From a phage: a stretch of DNA of 41,168 nucleotides. Shown piece by piece: positions 1 to 8,719 of the stretch. The position numbers were made by a program, and so were the translations under genes. The stretch lies in NCBI GenBank assembly GCA_013027745.1, contig GCA_013027745.1_4329.1. One strand, written 5' to 3'. Below the pieces are notes generated by a model. The model did no database searches and was not told the origin of the DNA. It saw only the letters and a program-made list of their open reading frames with translations. Position 1 is the stretch's first letter. The number at the start of each line of letters is the position of its first letter.

Positions 1-1462
1 GCGGCTGCTTAATCTCCGCGGCCCGCGGCGTCTGCTTACGCGCAGAGTGTACTGTGGTACGATTGCCATAATGCGGCGTAGTGTCGCGGATCTGCCCATA
101 AAGGTTGATGTAGGAAACCTCGTCTACCACGGTCCCCCCGAAACTAAGGTCAAGGTTAGTAACACGGCGGGCGCGCACTCTAACTTTAGACCGCACGGGC
201 AAGTCGGCGTAAATAGTAACACCTGTGTAATCCGCAGAACGACCTGATATAACGGCCTGTTTTGAGTAAACATCCCCGTACGGCACGCCAGTTTCATCAA
301 GGAGTTGATACTGAAGCTCGACAGTTACCGACGTGCGCAATTTACGGCCGTTGTCTTTATACATACCATTCGCGGCCGCGATGTTGGCTACTACGCGTTC
401 AATTTCCAGGCGGTTTAAAGTGGTCCAGTCCGTTAACGACTTATCGTAGGTGTTAGATGGTGAAATCCATGCTTCGGTACCTTGCGTTAAAGGAGTGAAT
501 CCTGATGGCAATTTTTGCCATTCTGACAACATCCCTCCGGCGGCTACTCTTACCTCAAAGTCATCTACGTATGTAACGGTATAGCTACCACTGACGTTAG
601 CCACGTCTTTTACCAGAATAAGGTTAAAAACAGCTATGTCCCCAACTGATAAAATCTCAGAGAAAGCAGAGTCGCCAGTGTTATCGCGGACGACACCAGT
701 CGCCCCCTGCAATGAAATCTCCCCGGTATCACTGGGATTAACCCTGATGTCATTCTGCGCTTTAAGAACGACCCCATCTACCTCGTTCGAGGCAATAGTT
801 ATGAATAGATTTTGATTAATAGGATCCCCTACCAGAAGCTGAGGCGTATTTGTGTTGTTAGGGGACGTAAATGGGGCGTATACCGCTACAGAAGTTCCTG
901 TAATCTCCTGTACTTTAGTATCGCCGTCGGTGATGTCTTCGGCTTTAATATCAAGATACCCGCGACCGGCGTCATAGTAGCCGTATTCAACTACCACACC
1001 TGCGTCGTTGAAGACCTTATACGTAGTCATGAGGTCATTAGGGATAGTCTGGACCCTGCCGCAAATATCATACGACCGTTCATACGGACGCGGTTTATTG
1101 TTTCGGTCCGTCAAGCTGTTGTTGGGGGACTCCGCCTGCTGGTTCGCTAAACTCGTTTTAGGCGTTTTCTGCGACGGAGAAATCAACTTGGTAACAAATT
1201 TAAGCACACCCAAAGGGTCCAGGAGTTTACCCAGAAAACCACCGCCGCCGCCAGCGCCCTCGATGATATGGAAAACGTCATCTTCTTTCAGCGCTTCGAA
1301 GTTTTCCGTTACGTCTGTATCATCACCAATCTCGCCGCGGTAAATACGCACAGGTACCCCGTCTGGGATGTTAGCAACGACGTATTCCATCGGGGGTACG
1401 TTATACCGTTTGCGGTCAAAAGTACCGTCTTCGTTACGGGTGTAATGTAATATCAGCGCCAA
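1..1462 (-). CDS. tail tip/fiber-associated structural protein, N-terminal part (gene runs off the window start)
   Basis: Hand translation of the minus strand shows an open frame from 1462 down to position 1 (MEYVVANIPDG...GGGGGF...). ATG at 1390 has no SD; in-frame TTG at 1462 has GGAG 6 nt upstream. Last gene of the tail module. Not in the ORF track because its stop lies outside the window. Confidence 0.55.
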   Translation of the reverse strand, partial: MALILHYTRNEDGTFDRKRYNVPPMEYVVANIPDGVPVRIYRGEIGDDTDVTENFEALKEDDVFHIIEGAGGGGGFLGKLLDPLGVLKFVTKLISPSQKTPKTSLANQQAESPNNSLTDRNNKPRPYERSYDICGRVQTIPNDLMTTYKVFNDAGVVVEYGYYDAGRGYLDIKAEDITDGDTKVQEITGTSVAVYAPFTSPNNTNTPQLLVGDPINQNLFITIASNEVDGVVLKAQNDIRVNPSDTGEISLQGATGVVRDNTGDSAFSEILSVGDIAVFNLILVKDVANVSGSYTVTYVDDFEVRVAAGGMLSEWQKLPSGFTPLTQGTEAWISPSNTYDKSLTDWTTLNRLEIERVVANIAAANGMYKDNGRKLRTSVTVELQYQLLDETGVPYGDVYSKQAVISGRSADYTGVTIYADLPVRSKVRVRARRVTNLDLSFGGTVVDEVSYINLYGQIRDTTPHYGNRTTVHSARKQTPRAAEIKQP

Positions 1463-1818
1463 AATTCTATCTCCGCATAAGTTTCGCGCAAGTCTTCCAG
1501 TCGGTCTAACCGTACCTGGCGACTTGCTAGCTCGCAATGACTGACCATACCATCATAATATACGCCAGCGTGCCAGATTACACGGTTTCTGTGCCGTGTC
1601 GCCATCAGCACGGCATCAAAGTTTTGCGGAGTTTCTACGCGTACGAGGCCTTTGGCGTTTTTATGGCCTTCTTCAAATGCATCATTAATCTGTGTTGGCG
1701 ATGCGACGTTAAACTCAGGCGTGGACAGGCCCGCGTCCGCACGGACGTTACGCACATGGTGCCAGCAATTACGGCGGCGAAAGTCGTACGGAAGTCCGGT
1801 GTATACATTAATGTTCAT
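1453..1818 (-). CDS. minor tail protein
   Basis: 121 aa ORF, ATGA start/stop overlap with upstream gene, position in tail module after tape measure. Confidence 0.55.
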   Translation of the reverse strand: MNINVYTGLPYDFRRRNCWHHVRNVRADAGLSTPEFNVASPTQINDAFEEGHKNAKGLVRVETPQNFDAVLMATRHRNRVIWHAGVYYDGMVSHCELASRQVRLDRLEDLRETYAEIEFWR

Positions 1819-2330
1819 GTAGACAAAACACCCCGTAACAATGGGATTACTGAAGGGGTCATTAACTCGCCAGTGGCTCTTTGGTTCAACATAGGAACGC
1901 CGACGTCGGCGGTAAATAGCCCCTTTTCCTGGTTGATCGACTGCAACTCGTACACAACAGGACCATCAGCCGGATAGGTTAAGTCCGTGCTAACGAAACG
2001 GCGGAATATAAACTTAGGCAACACGGTGTTATCGGGTGGTATACGGTCCATCTCATCGTCTAACTGGTTGCCGATGTCAGGTAATGCGAAGGACGCCCGC
2101 TGGTCCATATCGTTATTGTTGGCGGCCCCTTTAGCCTCCATAGGTGTAGCTTCAAACGTAACGACTTCGCCCGTCTCTAATGTCGCCGTCAAGTCGGAAG
2201 TTCCGCGCACAAGCAACCACCGCTTCGAGAGAAGCGGGTGCGTTATTTCAAGAGTAATGTAATCCAGTTCGCCATCTGGGTTTGATGCCAGCTTACGGCG
2301 ATAGGCTGCTTCTACTGATTCCTGGCTCAT
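1815..2330 (-). CDS. minor tail protein
   Basis: 171 aa ORF in tail module, translationally coupled to neighbours. Confidence 0.55.
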   Translation of the reverse strand: MSQESVEAAYRRKLASNPDGELDYITLEITHPLLSKRWLLVRGTSDLTATLETGEVVTFEATPMEAKGAANNNDMDQRASFALPDIGNQLDDEMDRIPPDNTVLPKFIFRRFVSTDLTYPADGPVVYELQSINQEKGLFTADVGVPMLNQRATGELMTPSVIPLLRGVLST

Positions 2331-2333
2331 AAA

Positions 2334-3710
2334 TTAACCGTCCACATTAAAGTCGATACGAGTGATGTATTTACTGCCCCACGCAGAATCCGCTTGTGGG
2401 ATGGTGGCGTAACCGTCAACAGCCTGAACGTTTATCACAGTGCCGTCGGAATAGGTGATGTCGATACTTGCGGCTCCGCTCATTACTACTTTTGCCGTGG
2501 CGGCGGTACGGTTGGCTGAGGTTACAGGTGTAGCGATATAAGAAGACCTGGTGCCTCCAGTCTCCAACTGCATCATTTGCGCTTTGAATACCGTCCCTAC
2601 AGGGATGTTGTCGTCACCAACCGCGGCTCTTACCCGCATTTGAAGCAGGTAAGTATCATCCCCAGGGGCAGTAAATGTGGCGTCAAAGTTTATATACCCG
2701 TCGCTTTCTGTTATGACATTAGCGGTGAAATTGCTTGTGTGACTTTCCCCCGCAGACGCTAATTCAATATCACATGAATCACTGAATGCCCCCGCCTTCG
2801 CAACACGACAGCGCATTCTCCCGTAAACTCCGGCTACTCTCCCTGAAAATGTGACTTTATCCCCTGTGGCCATCTGCATCTCGTGCACCAAAAACTGAGC
2901 GTCAACCCTTGACTGCACGGTGGTAAGCACCCCCGTTGTCAAATTTGTATCCCCGTCGTTGATGGTTGCGACTGAAAGTTGACTGGAGCTATATGGCCAC
3001 GCATTAGGCGTTGCGCTCTCCGTGTAAAGGTTGGTAGAGAGGTTTTCCGGGGGCACACGCCCGACGGCGACCCCGCCAATAAACGTAAGAGGCCATTCAT
3101 TGTCGGCGGACTGCACAAGATTGCCGTTGCGGTTGATATAGTAAACCTGTGGCCCCTCATAAACAATGCGGCTATCAAGAGTCGACGCCAGAAGGTTAAT
3201 AGGCGGGTATCCGGCGGGGCCTTCATTGCTCCAAATTCGCGGAAACGTTGATTGCGCGGTTCCGTATGCTTTAAGGAATCCACCTAAGCAATCCCCATAA
3301 CAACCGAACAAATCCGGTAGATTCTTCGTAAGGCAGGTATCTTCCTGAATCGCAGTCCGCTCCGCGGTTGCTGTGAAAGTAATTACCCAGTTTTTACCAT
3401 CGTCGGTGCTGTCACTAATGTCCGACGTAATAAGTACCTGGTGGTCTTCGATACCTAAACCCGTATCGTGCGGCATGATAAATGAAGACGCACCGCCATC
3501 TATGTTGTTCAGGAAGCTATAGAACGCCTGTCGCCCGAGAGAAGATACGACAAGCGTAACGCTAATCGGCACTGGTTCAAAGTACGTGTCCCGCCCTTGA
3601 CGGGGAACGCCGCCCTGAACTTCTGTACGCCAGATATTACTCCCTCGCGTCTGGGAGTACCCCTTCGACACTATTGGTCGAAGGGACATTGGGAACCTTA
3701 AAGAAGACAT
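2334..3710 (-). CDS. tail protein downstream of tape measure (distal tail / hub-like)
   Basis: 458 aa ORF immediately after the tape measure gene on the same strand. Confidence 0.6.
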   Translation of the reverse strand: MSSLRFPMSLRPIVSKGYSQTRGSNIWRTEVQGGVPRQGRDTYFEPVPISVTLVVSSLGRQAFYSFLNNIDGGASSFIMPHDTGLGIEDHQVLITSDISDSTDDGKNWVITFTATAERTAIQEDTCLTKNLPDLFGCYGDCLGGFLKAYGTAQSTFPRIWSNEGPAGYPPINLLASTLDSRIVYEGPQVYYINRNGNLVQSADNEWPLTFIGGVAVGRVPPENLSTNLYTESATPNAWPYSSSQLSVATINDGDTNLTTGVLTTVQSRVDAQFLVHEMQMATGDKVTFSGRVAGVYGRMRCRVAKAGAFSDSCDIELASAGESHTSNFTANVITESDGYINFDATFTAPGDDTYLLQMRVRAAVGDDNIPVGTVFKAQMMQLETGGTRSSYIATPVTSANRTAATAKVVMSGAASIDITYSDGTVINVQAVDGYATIPQADSAWGSKYITRIDFNVDG

Positions 3711-3713
3711 AGT

Positions 3714-5984
3714 TTAATACCCCGGCTGGTTTCGTGTAGCACGGCGTGACTTAGAGATTGCGCTGTTGCTGTCTTGTAACGCCGCCGATACTGTTTCGCT
3801 GATGATAACACGTAACCGTCCTTCGTCGTCACGCTCAGTAACGGCAGAATCAACTCGCCCGGTGGTGTTGTTGACTATTGTCACGCTGTCACCTCCGGAG
3901 TTTCCGCCGTTTTGCCCCATAATCTCTTTCATCTGCTGCGCAGTGCGCACACGCGATGCCCCTGCGGGCATGATAACCTCTGGTTTACCGCGTTCGGCTA
4001 TGGTGGAAGCCTGCCCCGCAGATAACTGGCCGCCCTGCTCACGTGCAGAACGAATCTTGCCGATGTTCGCCAGACCTGCGGCGACGGCGGCGGCGGCGGC
4101 TACAGGCCCAAGCACCCAGCCAACAATAGGGATAGCCGATGCAGATTTATACGCCTCGATGGCAGAGGTGTATGTGGCTATTGTAGCCTGCGCAATGGCA
4201 AACGCTTTGTATGCAGCGGACGCCTCCCCTAGTGAGGCCTTCATGTTATCCGCCATCATGCCGAATGCGTTACCAGTAGCGTTGGCACGTTTCAAAGCAT
4301 ACTGGTCGTTTATGGCATTAACCGCGGCCTGGTACTGCTCCTCGTTAATAAGATTCTGTTCGCGATACCGGTCCGCAACGTCCAGTTTTTGTTGCTCCTG
4401 AATTTCCAGAAGCTCAAGCTCAGAGGCGTTCTGCCCCATAATCTGAGCCATGAAGTCTTCACCTTTCTGGTTCTTTTCCTGCCGTTCTTTCTCTCGCTTA
4501 TCCAGCTCTTCTTGCCGGGCTTGTCCGGCTTCGAGGACGATAGCCGTTTTTGCTTGCTCGTATTCTTTCAGAGCCAACGCGCCCTGGTTGTAGAACTCTT
4601 TTGCCTTGGCCAGTTTCTGCTGTTCCTGTGCGTCAATAGCCTTTAATTCGTCGTTGTTCTGACGGGCCAAAGTGTCGAGGTAATCCTGGGCCTGTTTACG
4701 CAATTGCTCCGCTTTCTTAGCGGCGGCTTTCGCGTCTTTGTCGTTGGTATTTCCGGTTCCACTAGTTCCACCCTTCCTGTTAACAAGGCTGGCTAAGTCA
4801 ATTTCTTGCTGCTTGCGCTCATTATACTGCTTGCGCTGTTCCTCAATTTCTTTCTTACGCTGCTTAGACCTGTTGGTAATGGCCTGCGACTCCGCTTCGG
4901 CGCGTTTTATGCTGGCGGCGTATGCGGCGTCGGCTTCTGCGGTCAGGTTTTTAAATGTGAGCGCCGCCGTTTTGCTCGGGTCAAACACGTCGGCAAGGGT
5001 CTGGCCAAGCGCTACGGCGTAATCGTCAATGCGCTGGAACCACGCAATAACCTCGTGGAATGTCTGCTGGATGTCAGGCAACCACTCACGAATAGCGTCC
5101 GGGATAGTCCCCAGCGAGTCGGACATATCCACGGATTTGTCCTCGGTATCGTATGCCAGGTCGTTTAAGGCATCAGAAATAAACTTGAACGACTCATTGA
5201 ACAGCGTCACCCAATCCTGGAGCGTGGCTGCTATCTCATTAGACGCTATGGCGTCGGTGAGTGCTGTAATAGCATCTTCCGCTGTTGCCGCTTGTTCGCC
5301 TACCGCGTCGCCGAAACCTGATTGCGCCACCGCAAGTACAAGACCGTCGAAGGAGTCCGCGAGGCTAGATAACTGCCCGTCAAGGGTTTTCGAACGCGTT
5401 TCCATCGCTCCGGCGAAATCAGTGTTACCAATATTCAGGAGGTATTTCTGAATCTCTTCGGAGTTCTTTTTAACAGTGGTCGTTACACCACGGAACGTGA
5501 ACGAAACTGTATCTGCCTGTTGCGACGACTTGATGCCGAACTCTTTTAAACGCTCAAACTCGAAGGTACTGGCGTCCGCCACGGCCTCAATCATCTGATT
5601 AAGGTCTTTACCCATAGCCGCCGCGGTGTTGCCGTAGGATATCAGCGCCTCTTTGCTTGGGTTCAGACCGAGGGCTACAAGTTTAGTGAAGCCCTCAACA
5701 GCCTGGTTAAGTCCGTATGGGGTTTCTTTTGCAAACTGTTGCAGGACGCTGAAAGCCTTAGCAGCGTTCTCAGCGCTCCCGGTCATCGTGATGAGGCCGG
5801 AGTTCAGCTTATCGAAGTTGCGCTGGGAGTCCACCAGCGCACTGAACACCTGTTTAGCGGTTTCCAGACTGACAACGGCGGCGGCGGCGGCCCCCGCCGC
5901 CTTAGTAAGCCCGTTCAGTTGTGATGTGGTTTTATCGACGCCGGTCGATGATACTCGTACTATCAAGCTAGCGGTATCAGCCAT
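3714..5984 (-). CDS. tail tape measure protein
   Basis: Largest structural ORF, Ala/Gln-rich and coiled-coil-like with a long helical central region, located after the chaperone pair. Likely start ATG at 5984 (MADTASL); track start 5999 is TTG. Confidence 0.8.
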   Translation of the reverse strand: MADTASLIVRVSSTGVDKTTSQLNGLTKAAGAAAAAVVSLETAKQVFSALVDSQRNFDKLNSGLITMTGSAENAAKAFSVLQQFAKETPYGLNQAVEGFTKLVALGLNPSKEALISYGNTAAAMGKDLNQMIEAVADASTFEFERLKEFGIKSSQQADTVSFTFRGVTTTVKKNSEEIQKYLLNIGNTDFAGAMETRSKTLDGQLSSLADSFDGLVLAVAQSGFGDAVGEQAATAEDAITALTDAIASNEIAATLQDWVTLFNESFKFISDALNDLAYDTEDKSVDMSDSLGTIPDAIREWLPDIQQTFHEVIAWFQRIDDYAVALGQTLADVFDPSKTAALTFKNLTAEADAAYAASIKRAEAESQAITNRSKQRKKEIEEQRKQYNERKQQEIDLASLVNRKGGTSGTGNTNDKDAKAAAKKAEQLRKQAQDYLDTLARQNNDELKAIDAQEQQKLAKAKEFYNQGALALKEYEQAKTAIVLEAGQARQEELDKREKERQEKNQKGEDFMAQIMGQNASELELLEIQEQQKLDVADRYREQNLINEEQYQAAVNAINDQYALKRANATGNAFGMMADNMKASLGEASAAYKAFAIAQATIATYTSAIEAYKSASAIPIVGWVLGPVAAAAAVAAGLANIGKIRSAREQGGQLSAGQASTIAERGKPEVIMPAGASRVRTAQQMKEIMGQNGGNSGGDSVTIVNNTTGRVDSAVTERDDEGRLRVIISETVSAALQDSNSAISKSRRATRNQPGY

Positions 5985-6309
5985 GATTTCTACCTTCAAA
6001 GATTGCTTCTAAGCCCATGATAATGTCTATCTCGAACAGGCTAAGCTGTTTTTGTGTAACATCGAGATAGGCTTTCAGGTCTTGCCACGTAACGGATTCT
6101 CTTGCAAACAATACTACAGCGTCCTCGCGCACGTGTCGCGTAAACTTAATGTCGCAATACGTCTCAAAGGTGGATATAAAAAGGGGCGGGCATTCTGGCC
6201 CACCCCGTCGCGCTGCACGTTTTTTCTTATCGATTACACCCATCGCGATAAGCGCCTGTTCGTGTCCGTCAGCTATAGAATCAAACTCTCTGATTTTATG
6301 CTTATCCAC
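5977..6309 (-). CDS. tail assembly chaperone -1 frame extension (T-like ORF)
   Basis: ORF lies in the -1 frame relative to the upstream chaperone; the -1 frame is open back into the last ~10 codons of that gene; sits between chaperone and tape measure. Confidence 0.5.
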   Translation of the reverse strand: MDKHKIREFDSIADGHEQALIAMGVIDKKKRAARRGGPECPPLFISTFETYCDIKFTRHVREDAVVLFARESVTWQDLKAYLDVTQKQLSLFEIDIIMGLEAIFEGRNHG

Positions 6310-6341
6310 GAACTCGTAGGTGGCGAACCTGTACAGCGCGT

Positions 6342-6758
6342 CTACTTTTCCTGTAATGCTTTGCGCTCGGCGTTATGGAACGCCGCCACCTGTGTACCTA
6401 ATGCCTTGAACTGGTCGAGCAATTTGCTAAACGCTTCCTTAGAGAAAGGCTCGTCAAAGCTCCAGCCGTTTACTACTTCTGCTGCAAGTTGCCGGTTGAG
6501 GTCTTCGGCCAGTTCGTTAACAGCCAGGTTATATTCAGTATAGTCGCCGGATTCTTTGGCGGCTTTTTCCAGTTCTTCGAAACGCGCCAGCCCGCGACGG
6601 TACGCGATAATGAAGGCACGCCCCGCTTTAACGGCGGCATCCGCATCCGGATTTACAACATTAAGCCATTCCCCTGAGTCTTCACCATTCGGCAGGAGAA
6701 TCGGCATCTTCTTGCCTACCAGTGCTTTCTCTTCGAAATAAAAATCAGAAAGTTTCAT
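6342..6758 (-). CDS. tail assembly chaperone (G-like)
   Basis: 138 aa acidic ORF directly upstream of the frameshift ORF and tape measure; AGGA SD upstream of ATG. Confidence 0.6.
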   Translation of the reverse strand: MKLSDFYFEEKALVGKKMPILLPNGEDSGEWLNVVNPDADAAVKAGRAFIIAYRRGLARFEELEKAAKESGDYTEYNLAVNELAEDLNRQLAAEVVNGWSFDEPFSKEAFSKLLDQFKALGTQVAAFHNAERKALQEK

Positions 6759-6865
6759 TCTTTAATCCTTTGGTTAAGAGGTTACAGGTTAAGGAAAATG
6801 CGCCAGACGGGAACCACCCGCTTTTCGTGTGCGACACTAGGCGCAAAATAATTCTAACACATTAC

Positions 6866-6894
6866 TTGCACACCCCAACATAATAGGATACTAT
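6866..6894 (+). promoter_or_regulatory. sigma70-like promoter, class I (TTGCAC-N17-TACTAT) with AATAG-N4-CTATT palindrome
   Basis: -35 TTGCAC 6866-6871, -10 TACTAT 6889-6894; extended identity ccccaacataataggatactattca shared with three other promoters. Confidence 0.6.
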
Positions 6895-6935
6895 TCACTT
6901 ACACCAACAATGTTAACTCAAACAGGAGCTACACC

Positions 6936-7127
6936 ATGACTGGCATTACTATGTTCTTCTTAATCATTATCGTTTTAGTTTATTTTATCCCGTTTTTAGT
7001 AGCCCATATGCGTGGCCATAAAGCGAAACTAGCCATATTCATGGCTAATCTGTTTCTTGGCTGGGTTCTGCTGCCATGGATATTTATTTTAATCTGGGCG
7101 TGCAACTCGAATGTCAAAGAGAAGTGA
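6936..7127 (+). CDS. superinfection immunity (Imm-like) small membrane protein
   Basis: 63 aa, two TM segments; motif YFIPFLVA...RGH...ANLFLGW...W...LIWA resembles T4 Imm-type proteins. SD aacaggag upstream. Confidence 0.65.
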   Translation: MTGITMFFLIIIVLVYFIPFLVAHMRGHKAKLAIFMANLFLGWVLLPWIFILIWACNSNVKEK

Positions 7128-7165
7128 GCTAGTATAGGACAAATCCTAAACACGAGGAAGTAAGC

Positions 7166-8296
7166 ATGGCCCGGAAGAAAATAACCGACGAACAATTACA
7201 GGAAGAATTGAACGCCGGGATGAAGAATATAGATATAGCCCGTAAATACGGCATCTCAGACCGCGTAATTCGTATACGTAAAGCGAAACTGGCTAAGAAA
7301 GGCGTAGGTCACGGGCGTGACGTTAGCCACCTTGTACCAGACGGATACAAGATTAAAGGCACATCGTCGCTGGTGGACGAGTTCGGCAACACTAAGTTGC
7401 AATGGGTTAAGACTGATACCGATGCCGAACGTCAGGTCGAGTTGATGAAAGCCGTAATCGAAGGCATGAAGTCAGAGATTACCCCGGTTGCACCTGTTAA
7501 AGCCGTTCGCACCAAACGAGACGACAAGCTACTTAATCTTTACACTGTGTCTGATTTCCATCTCGGTATGCTGGCTTGGGCCGACGAGAGCGGCGACGAC
7601 TGGGACATGAAGATTGCAGAAGACCTGTTCTCCCGATGGTTCGATGCAGCATTTCAGAAAGCACCAGATGCCGGAACAGGAGTTATTAACCTGCTTGGGG
7701 ACTTCGCACACTTCGATAGTCTTGATGCCGTCACCCCTGAGTCGCGCAATGTATTAGACGCTGATACTCGCTATCAGAAACTGGTCCGCTACATGATTCG
7801 TATGGTCCGACGTGTTGTTGATATGGCGCTGGTTAAACACAGGACTGTGAAACTTCTTGTCGTACAGGGGAATCATGACCCTGTAGGCTCTGTGTGGCTG
7901 GCTGAGATGTTCAGTACGCTGTACGACAATGATCCTCGTGTGCTCGTCGATACGTCGCCGGATGTTTACAAGATGGTCCAACACGGCAAAACTACGCTGT
8001 TCTTTCACCACGGGCATAAAGCCCGATTCGACGCTATTGAACCGGTTATGATTGCCAAGTTCCGTAAAGCATTCGGAGAGAGCGTTTACAGCTACGCCCA
8101 CGTAGGCCACCTGCACCACCAGAAGATTGTAGAAAGCCGTAACATGGTTGTTGAGCAGCACCGCACCCTAGCGGCTAAAGATGCCTACGCCTCCCGCGGC
8201 GGATGGATGTCAGGCCGTAGTGCAAATGTAATTACTTATAGCGCCGAATATGGTGAGGTCGCACGTTTAACTATTTCACCGGAGATGCTGGGATGA
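7166..8296 (+). CDS. HTH-fused calcineurin-like metallophosphoesterase
   Basis: N-terminal HTH (IDIARKYGISDRVIRIR), then phosphoesterase motifs DFHLG, GDFAHFD, GNHD, FFHHGH, GHLHH. Confidence 0.75.
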   Translation: MARKKITDEQLQEELNAGMKNIDIARKYGISDRVIRIRKAKLAKKGVGHGRDVSHLVPDGYKIKGTSSLVDEFGNTKLQWVKTDTDAERQVELMKAVIEGMKSEITPVAPVKAVRTKRDDKLLNLYTVSDFHLGMLAWADESGDDWDMKIAEDLFSRWFDAAFQKAPDAGTGVINLLGDFAHFDSLDAVTPESRNVLDADTRYQKLVRYMIRMVRRVVDMALVKHRTVKLLVVQGNHDPVGSVWLAEMFSTLYDNDPRVLVDTSPDVYKMVQHGKTTLFFHHGHKARFDAIEPVMIAKFRKAFGESVYSYAHVGHLHHQKIVESRNMVVEQHRTLAAKDAYASRGGWMSGRSANVITYSAEYGEVARLTISPEMLG

Positions 8297-8523
8297 CTTC
8301 AAAATACAACCGAACAATGACAAACATTCACGGCAGCACTATGACAGTAGACGTTTATGATGTTCTCCGTGCTTTCGACATCCGGGACCCGGCACTACAG
8401 CACGCATTGAAGAAGCTATTGTGTATGGGCCTTCGCGGACATAAAGACACCGGAACCGACTTAGCGGAAGCAATTGAAAGTCTGGAGAAGTTACGGGAGT
8501 ACCGGAGTAATATTGATGAGTGA
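8293..8523 (+). CDS. hypothetical protein (moron operon)
   Basis: 76 aa ORF, ATGA overlap with the phosphoesterase stop. Confidence 0.45.
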   Translation: MTSKYNRTMTNIHGSTMTVDVYDVLRAFDIRDPALQHALKKLLCMGLRGHKDTGTDLAEAIESLEKLREYRSNIDE

Positions 8524-8689
8524 AAATATTATGAAAACAATATATGTAATCCGAGTATACGACGAAAAATGGGACGAGTGGGTTGATATTTGCGCCGTAG
8601 GTAGCAATGAAGAGGCCGTCAAAGAGATGGCAGAACGAAGTGGACGAGGTCAGTTAACTAGCTTCGACGAAATACCATTCAAAAGTTAG
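8516..8689 (+). CDS. hypothetical protein (moron operon)
   Basis: In-frame ATG at 8516 (MSENIMKTIYV...) with GGAG upstream; overlaps the previous stop. Confidence 0.4.
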   Translation: MSENIMKTIYVIRVYDEKWDEWVDICAVGSNEEAVKEMAERSGRGQLTSFDEIPFKS

Positions 8690-8695
8690 TAAGAA

Positions 8696-8715
8696 AAGGC
8701 CCCTTTCGGGGCCTT
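8696..8715. terminator. bidirectional rho-independent terminator (conserved cassette copy 1)
   Basis: aaggcccc-tttc-ggggcctt hairpin flanked by A-run and T-run; between convergent genes. Confidence 0.7.
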
Positions 8716-8719
8716 AGTT

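Noticed and set aside
1-1462. Identification of the partial tail gene as a lambda J-like host specificity protein
   Set aside because: The hand-translated N-terminal 460 residues show no recognisable similarity to lambda J as I recall it; kept as a generic distal tail protein.
3766-6012. Several plus-strand ORFs (3766-4401, 4389-4646, 4738-5168, 5029-5451, 5653-6012) inside the tape measure gene
   Set aside because: All antisense to a well-supported structural gene, with low-complexity translations and no start signals.
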